Shown: positions 1 to 12,050 of the stretch, one piece after another
Layout of the letters: each line of letters begins with the position of its first letter
How positions within the stretch are numbered: position 1 is the first letter of the stretch
From: Raja brachyura
Taxonomy: Eukaryota
Direction of reading: 5' to 3'
Assembly: GCA_963514005.1 (NCBI GenBank)
Contig: OY740809.1
Coordinates: 22,878,001-22,942,000, forward strand
Length of the DNA: 64,000 nucleotides
Translations under genes and position numbers: made by a program
The notes under the pieces: model-generated
The model's input: the letters and a program-made list of their open reading frames with translations, nothing else
Database searches by the model: none
What the model was told of the DNA's origin: nothing

Positions 1-149
1 ATTTATTTGTAATCAATGTCTTTATAAATATTGTCAGCATTGAATGTCAACATATGTGTTGAGAATTAGTGCAGTTACCGTGCAGAAATAACACAAATGA
101 GCATGGATGTCCTGTTATAACTATAGGATGCCTTGTTTTATTTTTATTA

Positions 150-1170
150 TATTGGTCCTTGGTGAGTCTATATCTGCTTTGGTCTCTTTACACAAGAAAG
201 ATTATGCTTGCCATAGGGAGAGTTCAGCAAAGATTCACCAAAATGATTCCGCAAATGGGAAGAAAGTAGAAACAAGGAACTGCAGATGCTGATTTGCAAA
301 AAGAAGAGACCCAAAGTGATGGAGTAACTCAACGGGTCAGGCAGCATCCCTGGAGAACATGGATAGGTAACATATTGGGCCAGGATCCTTCCTCAGGCCG
401 AAGAAGGGTCCTGACCCAAAATGTCATCCATCCATGTTCTTCAGGGTTGCTTCCAGACCCGCTCAGTTACTTGAGCATTTTGTGCCTCAGATGAGAAGGA
501 TTGACTTATGAGAAGAGATTAGGTTGATTAGCCCTGTACTCATTCAATCGGGGTTAGAAGAATGGGAGATTTTATTGATGAACTGGATAAATTGGATTCA
601 GGGAGACTGGTTCCCCTGAATGGGAATCTAGAATTAAGCCTCTGTCCCATGATGCAAGTTCACCCAAGAGCTCTCCCGAGTTAAAAAAAAATCAAACTCG
701 TGGTACTTCATCACGAGTATTTTTTTACTCTTGGAAATTTTTCACACTGTTGAAAAAGCTTCACGAGTTTCTGCGTTTCCCGAGTACCTGCCGTTAGCAT
801 TACGAGCCATCCACGAGCTCCGACGTACCTGCTATAGACATTCTACGTACTTACCATGAGTTTGATTTTTTTTTTAACCTCAGAAGAGTTCTTCGGTGAA
901 CTCGCATCGTGGGACAGGGGCTTTAGGATTTACAGTCTCCACACATGAGCTAAGACATGGAGGACTGAGAAGAGGTGATATTTCTTTGATCAGGGCGTGG
1001 TGAACTTGTGGAATTCTACATCATATATAAGAAGGTGGTGGATAGATTTCTAGACACAATCAAAGAGTAGGGGAGAGAATGGGAATATGGCACTAAGATA
1101 AATGTTGAATCATGATCATAATGAGTGGTGGAGTAATCTCACTGGGCCACAGGCCTCCACCTGATCCTAT
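150..1170 (+). mobile_element. Old CR1/HER1-type LINE 3' fragment interrupted by a Penelope-derived repeat and a MITE
   Basis: Degenerate similarity to the CR1 copy at 24.9-25.5 kb (peptide remnant LAIGRVQQRFTKMIP; GTGGTGAACTTGTGGAATTC). Confidence 0.6.
637..922. mobile_element. PIF/Harbinger-type MITE
   Basis: ~70-bp imperfect TIRs beginning AGCC(T/C)CTGTCCCA; TTA TSD at 634-636 and 923-925; interrupts a CR1 fragment. Confidence 0.8.
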
Positions 1171-1889
1171 ATGCCATATGTCCATGTTTCTAGAACTGGA
1201 GCTGTAGGACCGTCAGTCGTTCTCTGGCCACAATAGCCTCATTCTGGCAATAGCCAGTTTTTACATTGTATGCCATATACTTTATCTGCACTTGAAGTCC
1301 CTGTAATTATGTTGTGTGGTCATAGACATGTTAGAGTCATAGACTCATGCCATGTAGAAACAGGCCATTCACCCCAACTTGCCATTCAGCCCAACTTGCC
1401 CACGCCAACCAACATGTCCCATCTCTGAAATTCTTTGAAACATTAAGGGCATTGAATCCCGCATCCTATCAGTTTATCCCATTATTTTTGAGGTGATGCT
1501 CTTCTGCAATAAATAAGCTCAATAACAAATATATAAAAATAAAAATGCTAGAACAGTCTTAATGAACTGTGTCAACCCAAGACCATCACACTCATCACCA
1601 ATCCTCTCACTCTCCATCCCTGTGCTCACACAATCACCAGAGTGGAGTAGAAAGAGCGTGAGGAATCCATCGAAAAATCTTCGGGATATTCTTCTCTGAC
1701 TAAGGCAATTAGATTAACTGCAGCCATTTGTGGTAACTCCTAAAAGTAGGTCCCATTATACAGCTCATTTCTACGTGGAGCCGCATTATTCCGTAAAACC
1801 ACAAACACATGTCATTGTTGTTCTTATTGATGAATCCTCATTAAACGGAATATTGGAAAGCATCCAAAAAAATCTGTTTACATACGCCC

Positions 1890-2352
1890 AGGGAGGAATG
1901 AGGTTCCAGAGCATGGTACAGATAGACACTGCTCGGTACATCACAGATACTGACCTCCCCACCATCGAAGGGATCAATAGGAGATGCTGTCTCAAAGAGG
2001 CAGCCAGTATCATCAGAGACCCACACCACCCTGGGCACACTCTCATTTCATTCCCACCATTGGGTGAAAAACGTATAGGAATCTAAAACCATGGCCACCA
2101 GGTTCAACAGTAGCTTCTTCCCAACAACAATTGTGCTGTTGAACAGTACATAAAACCATCATGAACCAAGGAGTCTCTTTGGTTTACTAAGGACTACAGG
2201 TTTATATTTGCATTAGTTATGGGTGTTATTAATGTAATTGTTATTTTTTTGTTTATTGTATATTATCTATTGCATTTACAGGTCTGTCATGCTGCTGCAA
2301 GTAAGAATTTCATAATTCTGTTTTCAGTATATATGACATTTAAACACTCTTG
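1890..2352 (+). mobile_element. Rex1/Babar-like LINE 3' fragment
   Basis: TARYITDTDLPTIEGI...KEAASIIRDPHHPGHTL and 3' UTR GCTGCTGCAAGTAAGAATTTC, related to the minus-strand tail at ~45730-45900. Confidence 0.7.
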
Positions 2353-2618
2353 AATCCTGCCTTGATCGCTTGAGATATTTCTGTTTAAATTAGGCATGCT
2401 GCTTATTCACACTGCTCTGCAGTGGATGGATTGAACACACCCAGAGTCCAATGCTTATTTTCTGCAATGATGGGGTGTAAATCTCCATAAATCCGTGTAA
2501 ATCCTAACTTCACAGCCTGAGCATCTCAGTCATCATCTGCCCGTTTTCAAATGAATCTGTCTTTTTTGTTTGCCCACATAACAAGCTGTTCATACTGCAG
2601 CAATTGCTTGAAGTGTAA

Positions 2619-3196
2619 AGGGCCTGTCCTACCAGCATCCGACTCCATGCGGTGAGCACGATCAAACTAGAAGCGGGGGCCGCACGGAGGTCGGGTGATC
2701 CCTGTACAGGGCCGGTCCCAACAGCATGCACCTGCATGCGGCAAGCACGACCAAACCGGCAGTGAGGGCCGCGCGGAGGTCGGGTGAGTGGCGCAACGCG
2801 GTGCAAAGTGAGGCGATCTTGGAGCGAAGTCTTAAAGGTAAGTTCGCCAGGACAGAGAGGGGCACACAGAGAGGGGCACAGAGGCACACACAGAGAGGGC
2901 CACGGAGCCACACACAGAGAGGGTCACGGAGGCACCTACAGAGAGGGTCACGGAGGCACGACGTCAAGGCGGTGTGTAATGCGTCGAGGCGACTGCGAGC
3001 CGACGAGCCGTTGCCGCTCGGAATTTTTGAACATGGTCAGTTTTTCGGAGCCCCGCGCGATGTCGGAACAAACTCCGCACAATTCCGCACGGCTCCGGCG
3101 ATCGAAGTGGGACCGGCCCCGCGACGCTGGGCGGCTCAAGCCACCACGTTAGGTCGCGCTCATCGCATAGAGTTGCATGCTGGTGGGACAGGCCCT
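2619..3196. mobile_element. PIF/Harbinger-type MITE with internal minisatellite
   Basis: ~43-bp TIRs AGGGCCTGTCC(T/C)ACCAGCAT...; TAA TSD at 2616-2618 and 3197-3199; CpG-rich interior with ~24-bp tandem units at ~2850-2960. Confidence 0.85.
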
Positions 3197-4149
3197 TAAG
3201 TAAACAGTGAGCACATCAGGGAAAAGGAAGCACAACATATAATGTGCAAGTTAAACAGGGTGTTCTCATTGTATTGGAGTTGGGGTTTTTTCCCTCTATA
3301 CTCTGGACTGGTCCGTTAGAACACAGCAGCAAGATTTGAGGTGTCTTCTAGTGTGCGGTTCAATGGAAATAAATGGAAGCCGCATTAAATCTAGTTATAG
3401 AGATATGGCACGAAAACAGGTCCTCTGGCCCACTGGGTCCATGGGACTACCTGTTCACAGTAGTTATATGTATTCCCACTTTATCATCCCTACACTCTGG
3501 GAACAATTCAACAGAGGGCAATTAACCTATAAACCTACATGTCTTTGGGATCTGGGAGAAAATCCCACATGGTGGATCCAACGACACCTAATCCTTCTCT
3601 CCAGAGATGCCGCCTGCCACGCTCCAGCATTTTGTGCTTATCTTCCCTTTAAACCAGCATCTACAGTGCCTTCCTACAGTGTTTCAGTTTTGATTGTGTG
3701 ATCATTATGGAATTTATGGAACTTTGATTGTTTCATATCTGAGCACAGATCCTATTTTGCTGGCAGGATAATTTTGTAAATATGGACGTCTAATGTAATG
3801 TCCAGGCAGTGAAGTGACTTGATGAGTTTGATTCTGGTGTCTATCCTTCAGATGCTTTATAATTAGATGCCCCAGTCCAGTTGTTGCAAAGTTGTCTCTG
3901 TAGCTGATGTTACAGGATGTTCAGTCACTGAATATATTCAAGGCTGAAATCTGTAGGACGCCTCCTTGTTTTGTTCACTGTTTATAAATTGCATTCATTC
4001 CTTTGATTTGGTGCATATTAATTACTTGAAAATGGGTGCGCAGAGTAACATGTTGAGTTTTACAGTTGACACAAAGCTAAGAAGTGTGTTCAACTGTGAT
4101 AATACGGTGTGGTAATTAGTGATATCCTGCAAAGAGACATAGATAGACT

Positions 4150-4558
4150 GGCTCAGTGTGTGGAATTCTCTGCCTCAGAGGGCGGTGGAGGCAGGTTCTC
4201 TGGATGCTTTCAAGAGAGAGCTAGATAGGGCTCTTAAAGATAGCGGAGTCAGGGGATATGAGGAAAAGGCAGGAACGGGGTACTGATTGGGGATGCTCAG
4301 CCATGATCACATTGAATGGCAGTGCTGGCTCGAAGGGCAGAATGGCCTACTCCTTCACCTATTGTCTATTGTCTATTGTCAAACTAGCAGTAGATTAAAT
4401 TTATGACAGAAAAATGTGAAGTTATAAGTTTTGGCAAAGTGATGAATGGCAGTATCGGCTACATGACTGTGGAATTCTCTACCTCAGAGGGAGGTGGAGG
4501 CAGGTTCTCTGGATGCTTACAATGGCCTACTCCTGCACCTATTGTCTATTGTCTATTG
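4150..4558 (+). mobile_element. Two CR1/HER1 3'-end copies with (CTATTGT)n tails
   Basis: TGTGGAATTCTCTGCCTCAGAGGGCGGTGG...ATGGCCTACTCC...CTATTGTCTATTGT. The second copy (~4467-4558) is internally deleted. Confidence 0.8.
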
Positions 4559-7500
4559 ACATAGTTATAAAAGATGTGCGGGAACTGAGGGACTGGGTGT
4601 ACATGCAAATAAACCGCTGTAAGTGTAAAAACATGCCAAGGGAACGCATGAGATATTTAAGTAGAGGCAGAGATTCAAGACCAGGGGGTGGGTGTGGGGG
4701 TGGGGGGAAGGGAGGGGTGGGGAATGGGTATTGGTGGTGTTACACTGAAACTGCATAACGCTCTGGTAAAGCCTTTGGAATCTTCAATGTAATTCTGATC
4801 AACTTGCCCTAGGAAGGTTATAAACACTCTAGAGATGGTGTGAGAAAGATTTGGTGGAATGGTTCCGGTGAGGAAAATTTTCATCCACGGATTTCGACCG
4901 AGAAGTCACTAGTTGTTTTCCTTAGTGCAAAATCAAATTGCTGTAAATCTAAAATAAAAATAGAAAATGCTGGAATCCCTCAGCGGGTCAGATTCAATCT
5001 GTAGAAGGAGAGACCGTTATTGTTTCAGGAGAGAGACCTTCTCCAGAACAAGACCTTCAATGATTTAGTTTGGAAAGACGGAGGGACAATCTTTCCATGA
5101 TCTGAAAGAAAAATGACCAGCAAGCACCAATAATCAGATGGGCAATTCACACAATGGGGACGCGAGGAAACACATATCCTGCAGGGAATGGTGATGACGG
5201 AAGCAATGAGGGAGGAAAAATAACTCAGCGCTTTAAAAAGGAAATTAGATGGGATAATTTGAAAGAATAATTTGCTGCACCATGGGGGACGAGTGGAATG
5301 AATAGGATCAACTCTAGTGTGCTACAAAGAACTGTTGCAAACTTCATGGGTGAATGGCATGTTGTGTGGTGCAAGGATTCTATAAAAATGTGAAACAAAA
5401 TAAAGCAATTACTTCAAACTTAAAATTGTCTTAAATTTAGCTCCATGCATTGTTTAGGATTCATAAAACCAACATGTCTTTGCTTTGTTTGGACACTGTC
5501 GGTGTCTGCTCTCTATCCATTCCCTTTCTGTTGTTTTGTTACAAGCCAGTATCATATTTCCTCCTACATTCATTTTTAAAAGAGTTGCACTGAGGGTTTG
5601 CAATGTCCTTGAACATCAGCTCTAAGCATCTGGCACTCTGATGGAATCTAAACTCAGCTTTTACTCATGAGCATCTCGCTGTACTCAGTCAATGTCCTTT
5701 GTTCCACCTTCTAAAACATCCATTCATTGACCATGTTGAATACATTTATTTTGCATCTATTTTAATTGTCAATTAATTCACTTTAAATTCTATTTATCCC
5801 TGAGAAGCTCAAGTAAATTATTTATCAGAATGTACTTGAATAACAACAGCATCTTGTGCAATGCGTGTTCCCTATGCAGAAATGTCTTTCTATTAAGTTT
5901 GGATATGACCCTTTGGCAGAAGGTCCTGATGAGCCGCGGCCATACCCTGACAGCAGACCTGGCTCGCCCACCGCGGAACCCGGAGAGGGAAGCCCCTATT
6001 CGCTCCCCCGAATACCGGGAACCGGAGAGGAGGTGGAGGAAATTGACGACGGTGGCGGACGCTGGGCAAGAAGATCAGGAGGGATTTACCTTCCATGCCA
6101 TCAAGACCAGCTGTTGGAGACTCCGCTGTGGCACAAACGTTGAGGGTATCCTAGGAAAGAAAGGGTGGACATGACAATTCGCTGGTGACCCGGATGGAGA
6201 TGACGGCTGCACCAGGCCTTTGTGGCCACTGCAGTTGGGACTGGGAAATGGCACCAAAACCCGGCGACTCTTGCATATAGACTCCGTGGGCTGTTTCTGT
6301 GCATCCCTACTTACAAGGGATTGTACTTGTGTATGGCAATAATCTTACTGATCCATATGCAGAAAGAGAATCTCATTGTACCTTGATACACGTGATAATA
6401 ATGGAACTATTGAACCACTGAACCTTTCCTCCAAGTTGCTTCTGAACACTGAGAATAATCATGATTAAGCTACTGACTTAATTAAGTGGGAATCTCCTGT
6501 TCAAATACCTATTTCCAATTATCTAGATATGCTTTTAATCCATTTTTAAGTGTTTTCCTAACTTCATGATCTTGCACCCATTACCACTCTTTTGAGGTAA
6601 TATATCAATGTCTTTTGAAGCTCTATATCATCCACTTAGTTACAAGCTGTAATGCATTCATGTTGCAAAGCTGTGATGTTCAGTTCACAACTGTGTGCCG
6701 ACATTCATTAATCTTCTTCAGTGTTGCTATCTGACCGTGAATTGTATTTCTCATTAAATTACATTAATTCAGTTGTTCTTATTAGGATCTTGCTGCAGAT
6801 AGATTTCACACTGTAACTGTGTGCGGAAGTCACCCTACTTCAGATTAATTCACCATGCGCAAAACCATCTGGGAAGGAAGTTTCTGAAGGACACCACAAA
6901 ATGTATTATAAATGCAAGTCTTTTGTTCAAAACTGTTTAGTATGTAATACTCCCGGGAAGTATTCTCACATATGCTGATGCCCAATGTTTAATTTTAATT
7001 CCTTTGTTCTTATCTCTGAACTCCAAAGCACATGAGCCACTGTTAGGTATCAGATGCCCATCCATTTTCTGAGATGCTGGACATTTCTGTCAAAAGCTTA
7101 TTTAATTATCCTTCTGACATTAAGTATATTTTATGAGGTTACAAATGGATCTTGAAAACCATAGAGATCCAGTGCTCAGAGAGTTAACACACACTATCAT
7201 TACCTTTGCTTGAGTTAGAGTAATGTATTTTCACTCTGATACATGAAGCAGTACAGACACTTTTATCATTAGATGCAGTACAGACACTCTGTCATTTGTG
7301 CTTATCAGTACTCTGAGAACAGAGACAGAATGTTTTTACAGAAAGTCACAGACTTGATCTGTTTTTCAAACATGATAATGACAAGCAAATTAACCAACTT
7401 GTGACGCTGTCGAGTTTAACTGTATGTCATAATATGTCACAGTGGATTGGAAAGTATTCCACATGTGTGGTCACTTTTATTGTTAACTGACAGGCAAGTG

Positions 7501-8311
7501 GAAGATATTTTGTTGTTGACTCTATTTAAAACAATGACATCCATGTAGACAAAGCAATATTGCGAACAATTTATATTATGAATAGTATTGTGTAATATAA
7601 TATATTAACGGCAGATATTAGGAACATTTCATAATATCCAGTTGTAAACATCACTGTTAATTCAAATTTACATCAAAGATACTCAAGATCTGAGGAAGGG
7701 CCTCAACGTGAAATGTTACCTATTCCTTCTGTCCAGAGATGCTGCCTGACCTGCTGAGTTTCTCCAGCTTTTTGTGTCTTTACTGAAGACCAGTGTGTTT
7801 TGAGGATAATAGCTGAATCATTTTATTTTAACAGTTTAACTTTAAGGAGGTTATTCTGATTTAGGGTTTCAACGGATTGGCCATACAGTATTAAATTTAC
7901 TCAGATTTATGGCCCCTTTCTCCAGATCTGGTCATATTCCTGTGGCAAATAGTAGCTCCAAACCTGGCAGAGAACTTTAGATATATTTCATCATTTGCCA
8001 CTGTCGAGAATAGCGTTCATGAGAAAACATAGATAACATTTTGCAAAATTGAAACATTACATTTTAGTGGCTATTTCTTTGCCATAAAACACTACACAAA
8101 GCAGCAACTGTGCAAACTTTATCGTGTGAAATGTTGTGCTCCTGCTATAATGCATTTAATCTTCTGGCATTGGATTTCATTACTGCCATTTTTTAATGTT
8201 GAATCACACCACATAACGAAGATGCTCAGCACAACTGACCAATGACTGTCCAAACAAAATACTGCAGATGCTGGAAATCTAAAACAAAAACAGAAAACAC
8301 TGAAAATGAAT

Positions 8312-8630
8312 GGCAGCACTGTGGTGCAGCAGTAGTGGCCGCGGTTGTAGCGGTACAGCGCCAGAGACCTGGGTTCGATCCTGACTATGGATGCTGCCTG
8401 TGCGGACTTTGTACGTTCTTCTTGTGACTGTGTGGGTTTTCTCTGGGTGCTCTGGTTCGCTCCCACTTTCCAAAAACGTACGCGTTAGTAGGTTAGTTGG
8501 CTGAAGTAAAAATTGTAAAATTGGCCCTAGTATGTAGGATAGCGCTAGTGTACGGGGATCGCTGGTCGGCACGGACTCAATGGGCTGAAGGGCCTGTTTC
8601 TGCGTTCTACCTCTTAACTAAAGTAAACTG
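8312..8630 (+). mobile_element. Full-length HE1-like V-SINE
   Basis: tRNA-like head with B box GGTTCGATCC, V-domain, 3' end GGGCTGAAGGGCCTGTTTCTGCG and an (AACTA)-like tail. Confidence 0.85.
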
Positions 8631-9329
8631 AAAATATGCAGGTGTCAGGCAGCATGAATGGATAGAGAAGCAAAGACAACATTTCAGGTCAATGCGATTT
8701 CAACAGGAATAGGAAAAAATAAATATAACTTGTTCCAAAATGTTAAACTTGTTTTATTTCTAACTTTTCCTGGTTATAATGAAAACCTAAAGCGTTCTCT
8801 CCTACCAATGCTGAATGACTGCTGAGTATTTCCAAAGTTTTGTTTTAATTAGGACTTACAATTGTGTTTATGTTTACTTTTGTTTAGCATGGAAACAGGC
8901 CCACTGAGTCATCGCCAACCATCAATCACTCGTTCATATTAGTTCTATGTTTATCCCACTTTCTCATCCACTCCACATTAAGGGCAATTTTCACAGAAGC
9001 CAATTAACCTCCGAATTTTGCGATGTGGAAGGAAGCCGGAGTTCATAAGACACAGAACTATGCCATTTGGCCCATCAAGTCTCCTCCGCCATTCAATCAT
9101 GGCTGATCTATCTTTCCCTCTCAACCCCACTCTCGTACCTTTTCCCCATAACTCCTGACGCCCATACGACTCAAGAATCTATCAATCCCTACCTTAAAAA
9201 TATCCATTGACTTGGCTTCCACAGCCAACTGTGGCAATTAATTCTACAGATTCACCACCCTCTGATTAAAGAAATTCAAAGAAAGGCACCTTTTAAAGGT
9301 GCAAGATAGAACAACTTGCACATTTTTTT

Positions 9330-9850
9330 TCATCTGATGCCTATTGCTTTCCCAGATTTGCCAGGGCACCATGATTCCACTCTCGGTCCAATGCTGCTTT
9401 GATATCAAAGGCGGTCAATCTCACCTCACCTTAGAATCCAACTCTTTAGGACATATTTGCTCTGAAGTCTAGTGGTTTTAGCAAAAATCAAAACCAGATA
9501 TTGATGGGTAGGTTATTGGTGAGTAAGTTCCACTTGATAACAGCATCAATTTTCATAATTTTGTTGATAACGGAGGCTAGAATGATTGAACGGTAAATAA
9601 CCACATTGGATTTTTATATCTTTTTGTGAATGGGACATATCTGGACAATTTCCTGTGTTGTTGGGTAGATGCCAGGGTTGGAATTGTACTGATACCATTT
9701 GCAGTAGTTCTGGAATATAAGTCTTTGTACTAGAGTTGGGAAATTGTCTAGTCCAGTAGTCTGTCCAGTATCTCATGCTGTCAGCCATTTCTTGATATCA
9801 TATGAAGTGAATCAAATTGGTTACTGGTGCAACTTTGTGACAGTGTATAG
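9330..9850 (-). mobile_element. Ancient CR1-group RT fragment
   Basis: Reverse strand gives FDIKAALDREWNHG (LDIKAAFDRVWH-like motif) with many disruptions. Confidence 0.5.
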
Positions 9851-11804
9851 CAGAAGTTACTAAACACAACTGAAGTCTAAGTAAAGCATTTACATAAATA
9901 TAAAGGTTGGAGTAGAGAAAGAAAAATGCAGTAGATCTACCAGATATTTATTTAATCTGCCATCTGAAATAAATAGGGTAAATGCATAGTCTTTTACCCA
10001 GGGTGGGGGAATCAAGAGCCAGAGAACAATGGTGACAGGGGCAAGATTTTGATGGAAACCTGAGCTACAGCTATTTCACTCAGAGAATTGTGTGTATATG
10101 CAACAAGACGCCAGATGAGGTTGTTGAGGCAGGTACAATAATATAATTTAAAAAACACTTGGACAGGTACATGGATAAGAAAGGTTTAGGTGTATATTGG
10201 CCAAAAATTGACAAATGGGACTCACTTATATGAGGCATCTTGGATGGCATGGACGAGTTGGGCTGAAGGGCCTGTTGCTGTGCTTCGTGACTCTCTGACT
10301 CTATATTTTAAGGGAACATTGATTCTGATTAAACTTATTTACCGAGACTCATGGGGGTAGGGGGTGGGGGTATAAATTCTTCCAGTTGCATGCATTTATT
10401 CTTGGTTTAGCAACGTATGTGCTTCACACCTTTGGCTTTATTTACTTCAATGGAACCGAATCTTGAAAACAGTGCAATGAACATTGAATGTTATGTTGCA
10501 CATTCTATATATCGAATTGGATACATTGAATTTGGCTGGAATAGAGGGAGCTAATTGTCACTTTGATTCTGATGATATTGTGTGCACTGGTGACGTTGTG
10601 TCCAAGTAAATGGCAATGAGGTTTGATAGAAATAAGTTACATACATAGAGGCTGTTCAATAATTGAAATTGTTGCTTCATGAAATGGCTGTGCATTATAA
10701 CGAGGAACTGATCAAATCTCCACCCAGGAAGCCTTTTGTTAAATAGATTAACCGTAACCCAGATGGATCAATGAATGTCATCAAAATTGCAAGACCAAAT
10801 AATGCAATTAAATATTTGGATCAGTTATACATTTGAAAATACATGCATTAAATGAAAGTTAACTATGCAAAATGATTTGAGAAATACAAGAGACATAAAG
10901 ATTCAAATGATCACAAAGAGATCTGAGCTGCTTTATTTCAAACTCCATGTCTCTCAATGTTTATATTATTTAATCCAACCTTCTTATTCTGGAAATTGAC
11001 TTCTATGCCAATTATCTTGGCGTAGGTCAAATGGAGGATTGAAGGGAAAAAACCCATGGGCTGGAGTTCAGATAAAGCCGTGGCGATCTAAGAATAGCAT
11101 TGAAATGGATATTTGATTGTTTTTTTCAGAGCACTGGTTATGATCTTGTCTTTGGTTCCCATCTTCCTCTTTCTCCACAACAATCCCTGATGCTCTAAGA
11201 ATGATTGATTCGCCTGCAGGGATTTTCTCCCACTCGTGTCAATGTTGCTTCAAGTTCCTCAACTTGTTTTCTGCTTGCAGGTGGGTACGGTGTTATGATC
11301 AGCAAAAAGATGATAACACCGTGAAAAAAATCTTTAAATGCATCAGGCTGTACTGTACCTTTTCTTGACTTTAATAAATCTTCAATTTGCTTTTATATTC
11401 TATGCATTTCAAATTCATGATTTATCCTTGTACCTATTGAAATTCTAAAATGCTTTGATCTATAAATGAGCCCCATCTCTTCACAAATGATATTGAGGTA
11501 CATAGTAAGATGTGCACCTTCAACTAGTCTCTAGTTGGATTTTGTTACTTTGCTATCAAACATGAACAGGTCCAAACTTACAGCAGCCCGTCTACAAACC
11601 TGGCACAGGATGTTACTTTCTAACACTGCAATCTAATATATGTGTATTTCCTAGAGGAAAAGAAAGCGTTAGAAAGCAAGCACAGGCAACATGGTAAGAA
11701 AATGTGATGGACATCATCGTGCGTTTAACCTGATAACTCTTGTCTATGTTAAAATAATTTATTTGACAGGTCTAAAAATCAAAATTAAACCTTTGGATCA
11801 TCAT

Positions 11805-12050
11805 GTTCATAAGTGATAGGAGCAGGATTAGGCCATTTGGCCCATCAAGTCTATTCTGCCATTCAATCATGGCTGATCAATCTTTCCCTCTCAACCCCAT
11901 TCTCCTGCCTTCTTCCCATAACCCCTGACACCCGTATTAATCAAGAATCTATCAATCTGTGCCTTAAAAGTATTCATTGATATTCTGTGGCAATGAATTC
12001 CACAGATTCGCCACCCTCTGTCTAAAAGAAATTCCTCCTTGTCTCTTGCC
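11805..12050 (-). mobile_element. CR1/HER1 3'-end copy (further copies at ~9060-9270 -, ~17975-18200 +, ~31480-31825 -, ~48620-48790 +)
   Basis: CCATTCAATCATGGCTGATC...CCCCATTCTCCTGCCTTC, the reverse complement of the conserved CR1 3' end. Confidence 0.8.

Noticed and set aside
2850-2960. Repeat array resembling CRISPR, and overlapping 100-157 aa ORFs
   Set aside because: These are tandem ~24-bp units without unique spacers inside a TIR/TSD-bounded MITE in vertebrate DNA; the ORFs are repeat translations.
8312-8390. tRNA gene
   Set aside because: The A/B-box-like sequence continues into a V-SINE body and tail, so it is a SINE head.
11656-11694. Possible small plus-strand coding exon (EKKALESKHRQH) between AG and GTAAGA
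   Set aside because: Too short, no homology recognised and no partner exons found; not supportable.
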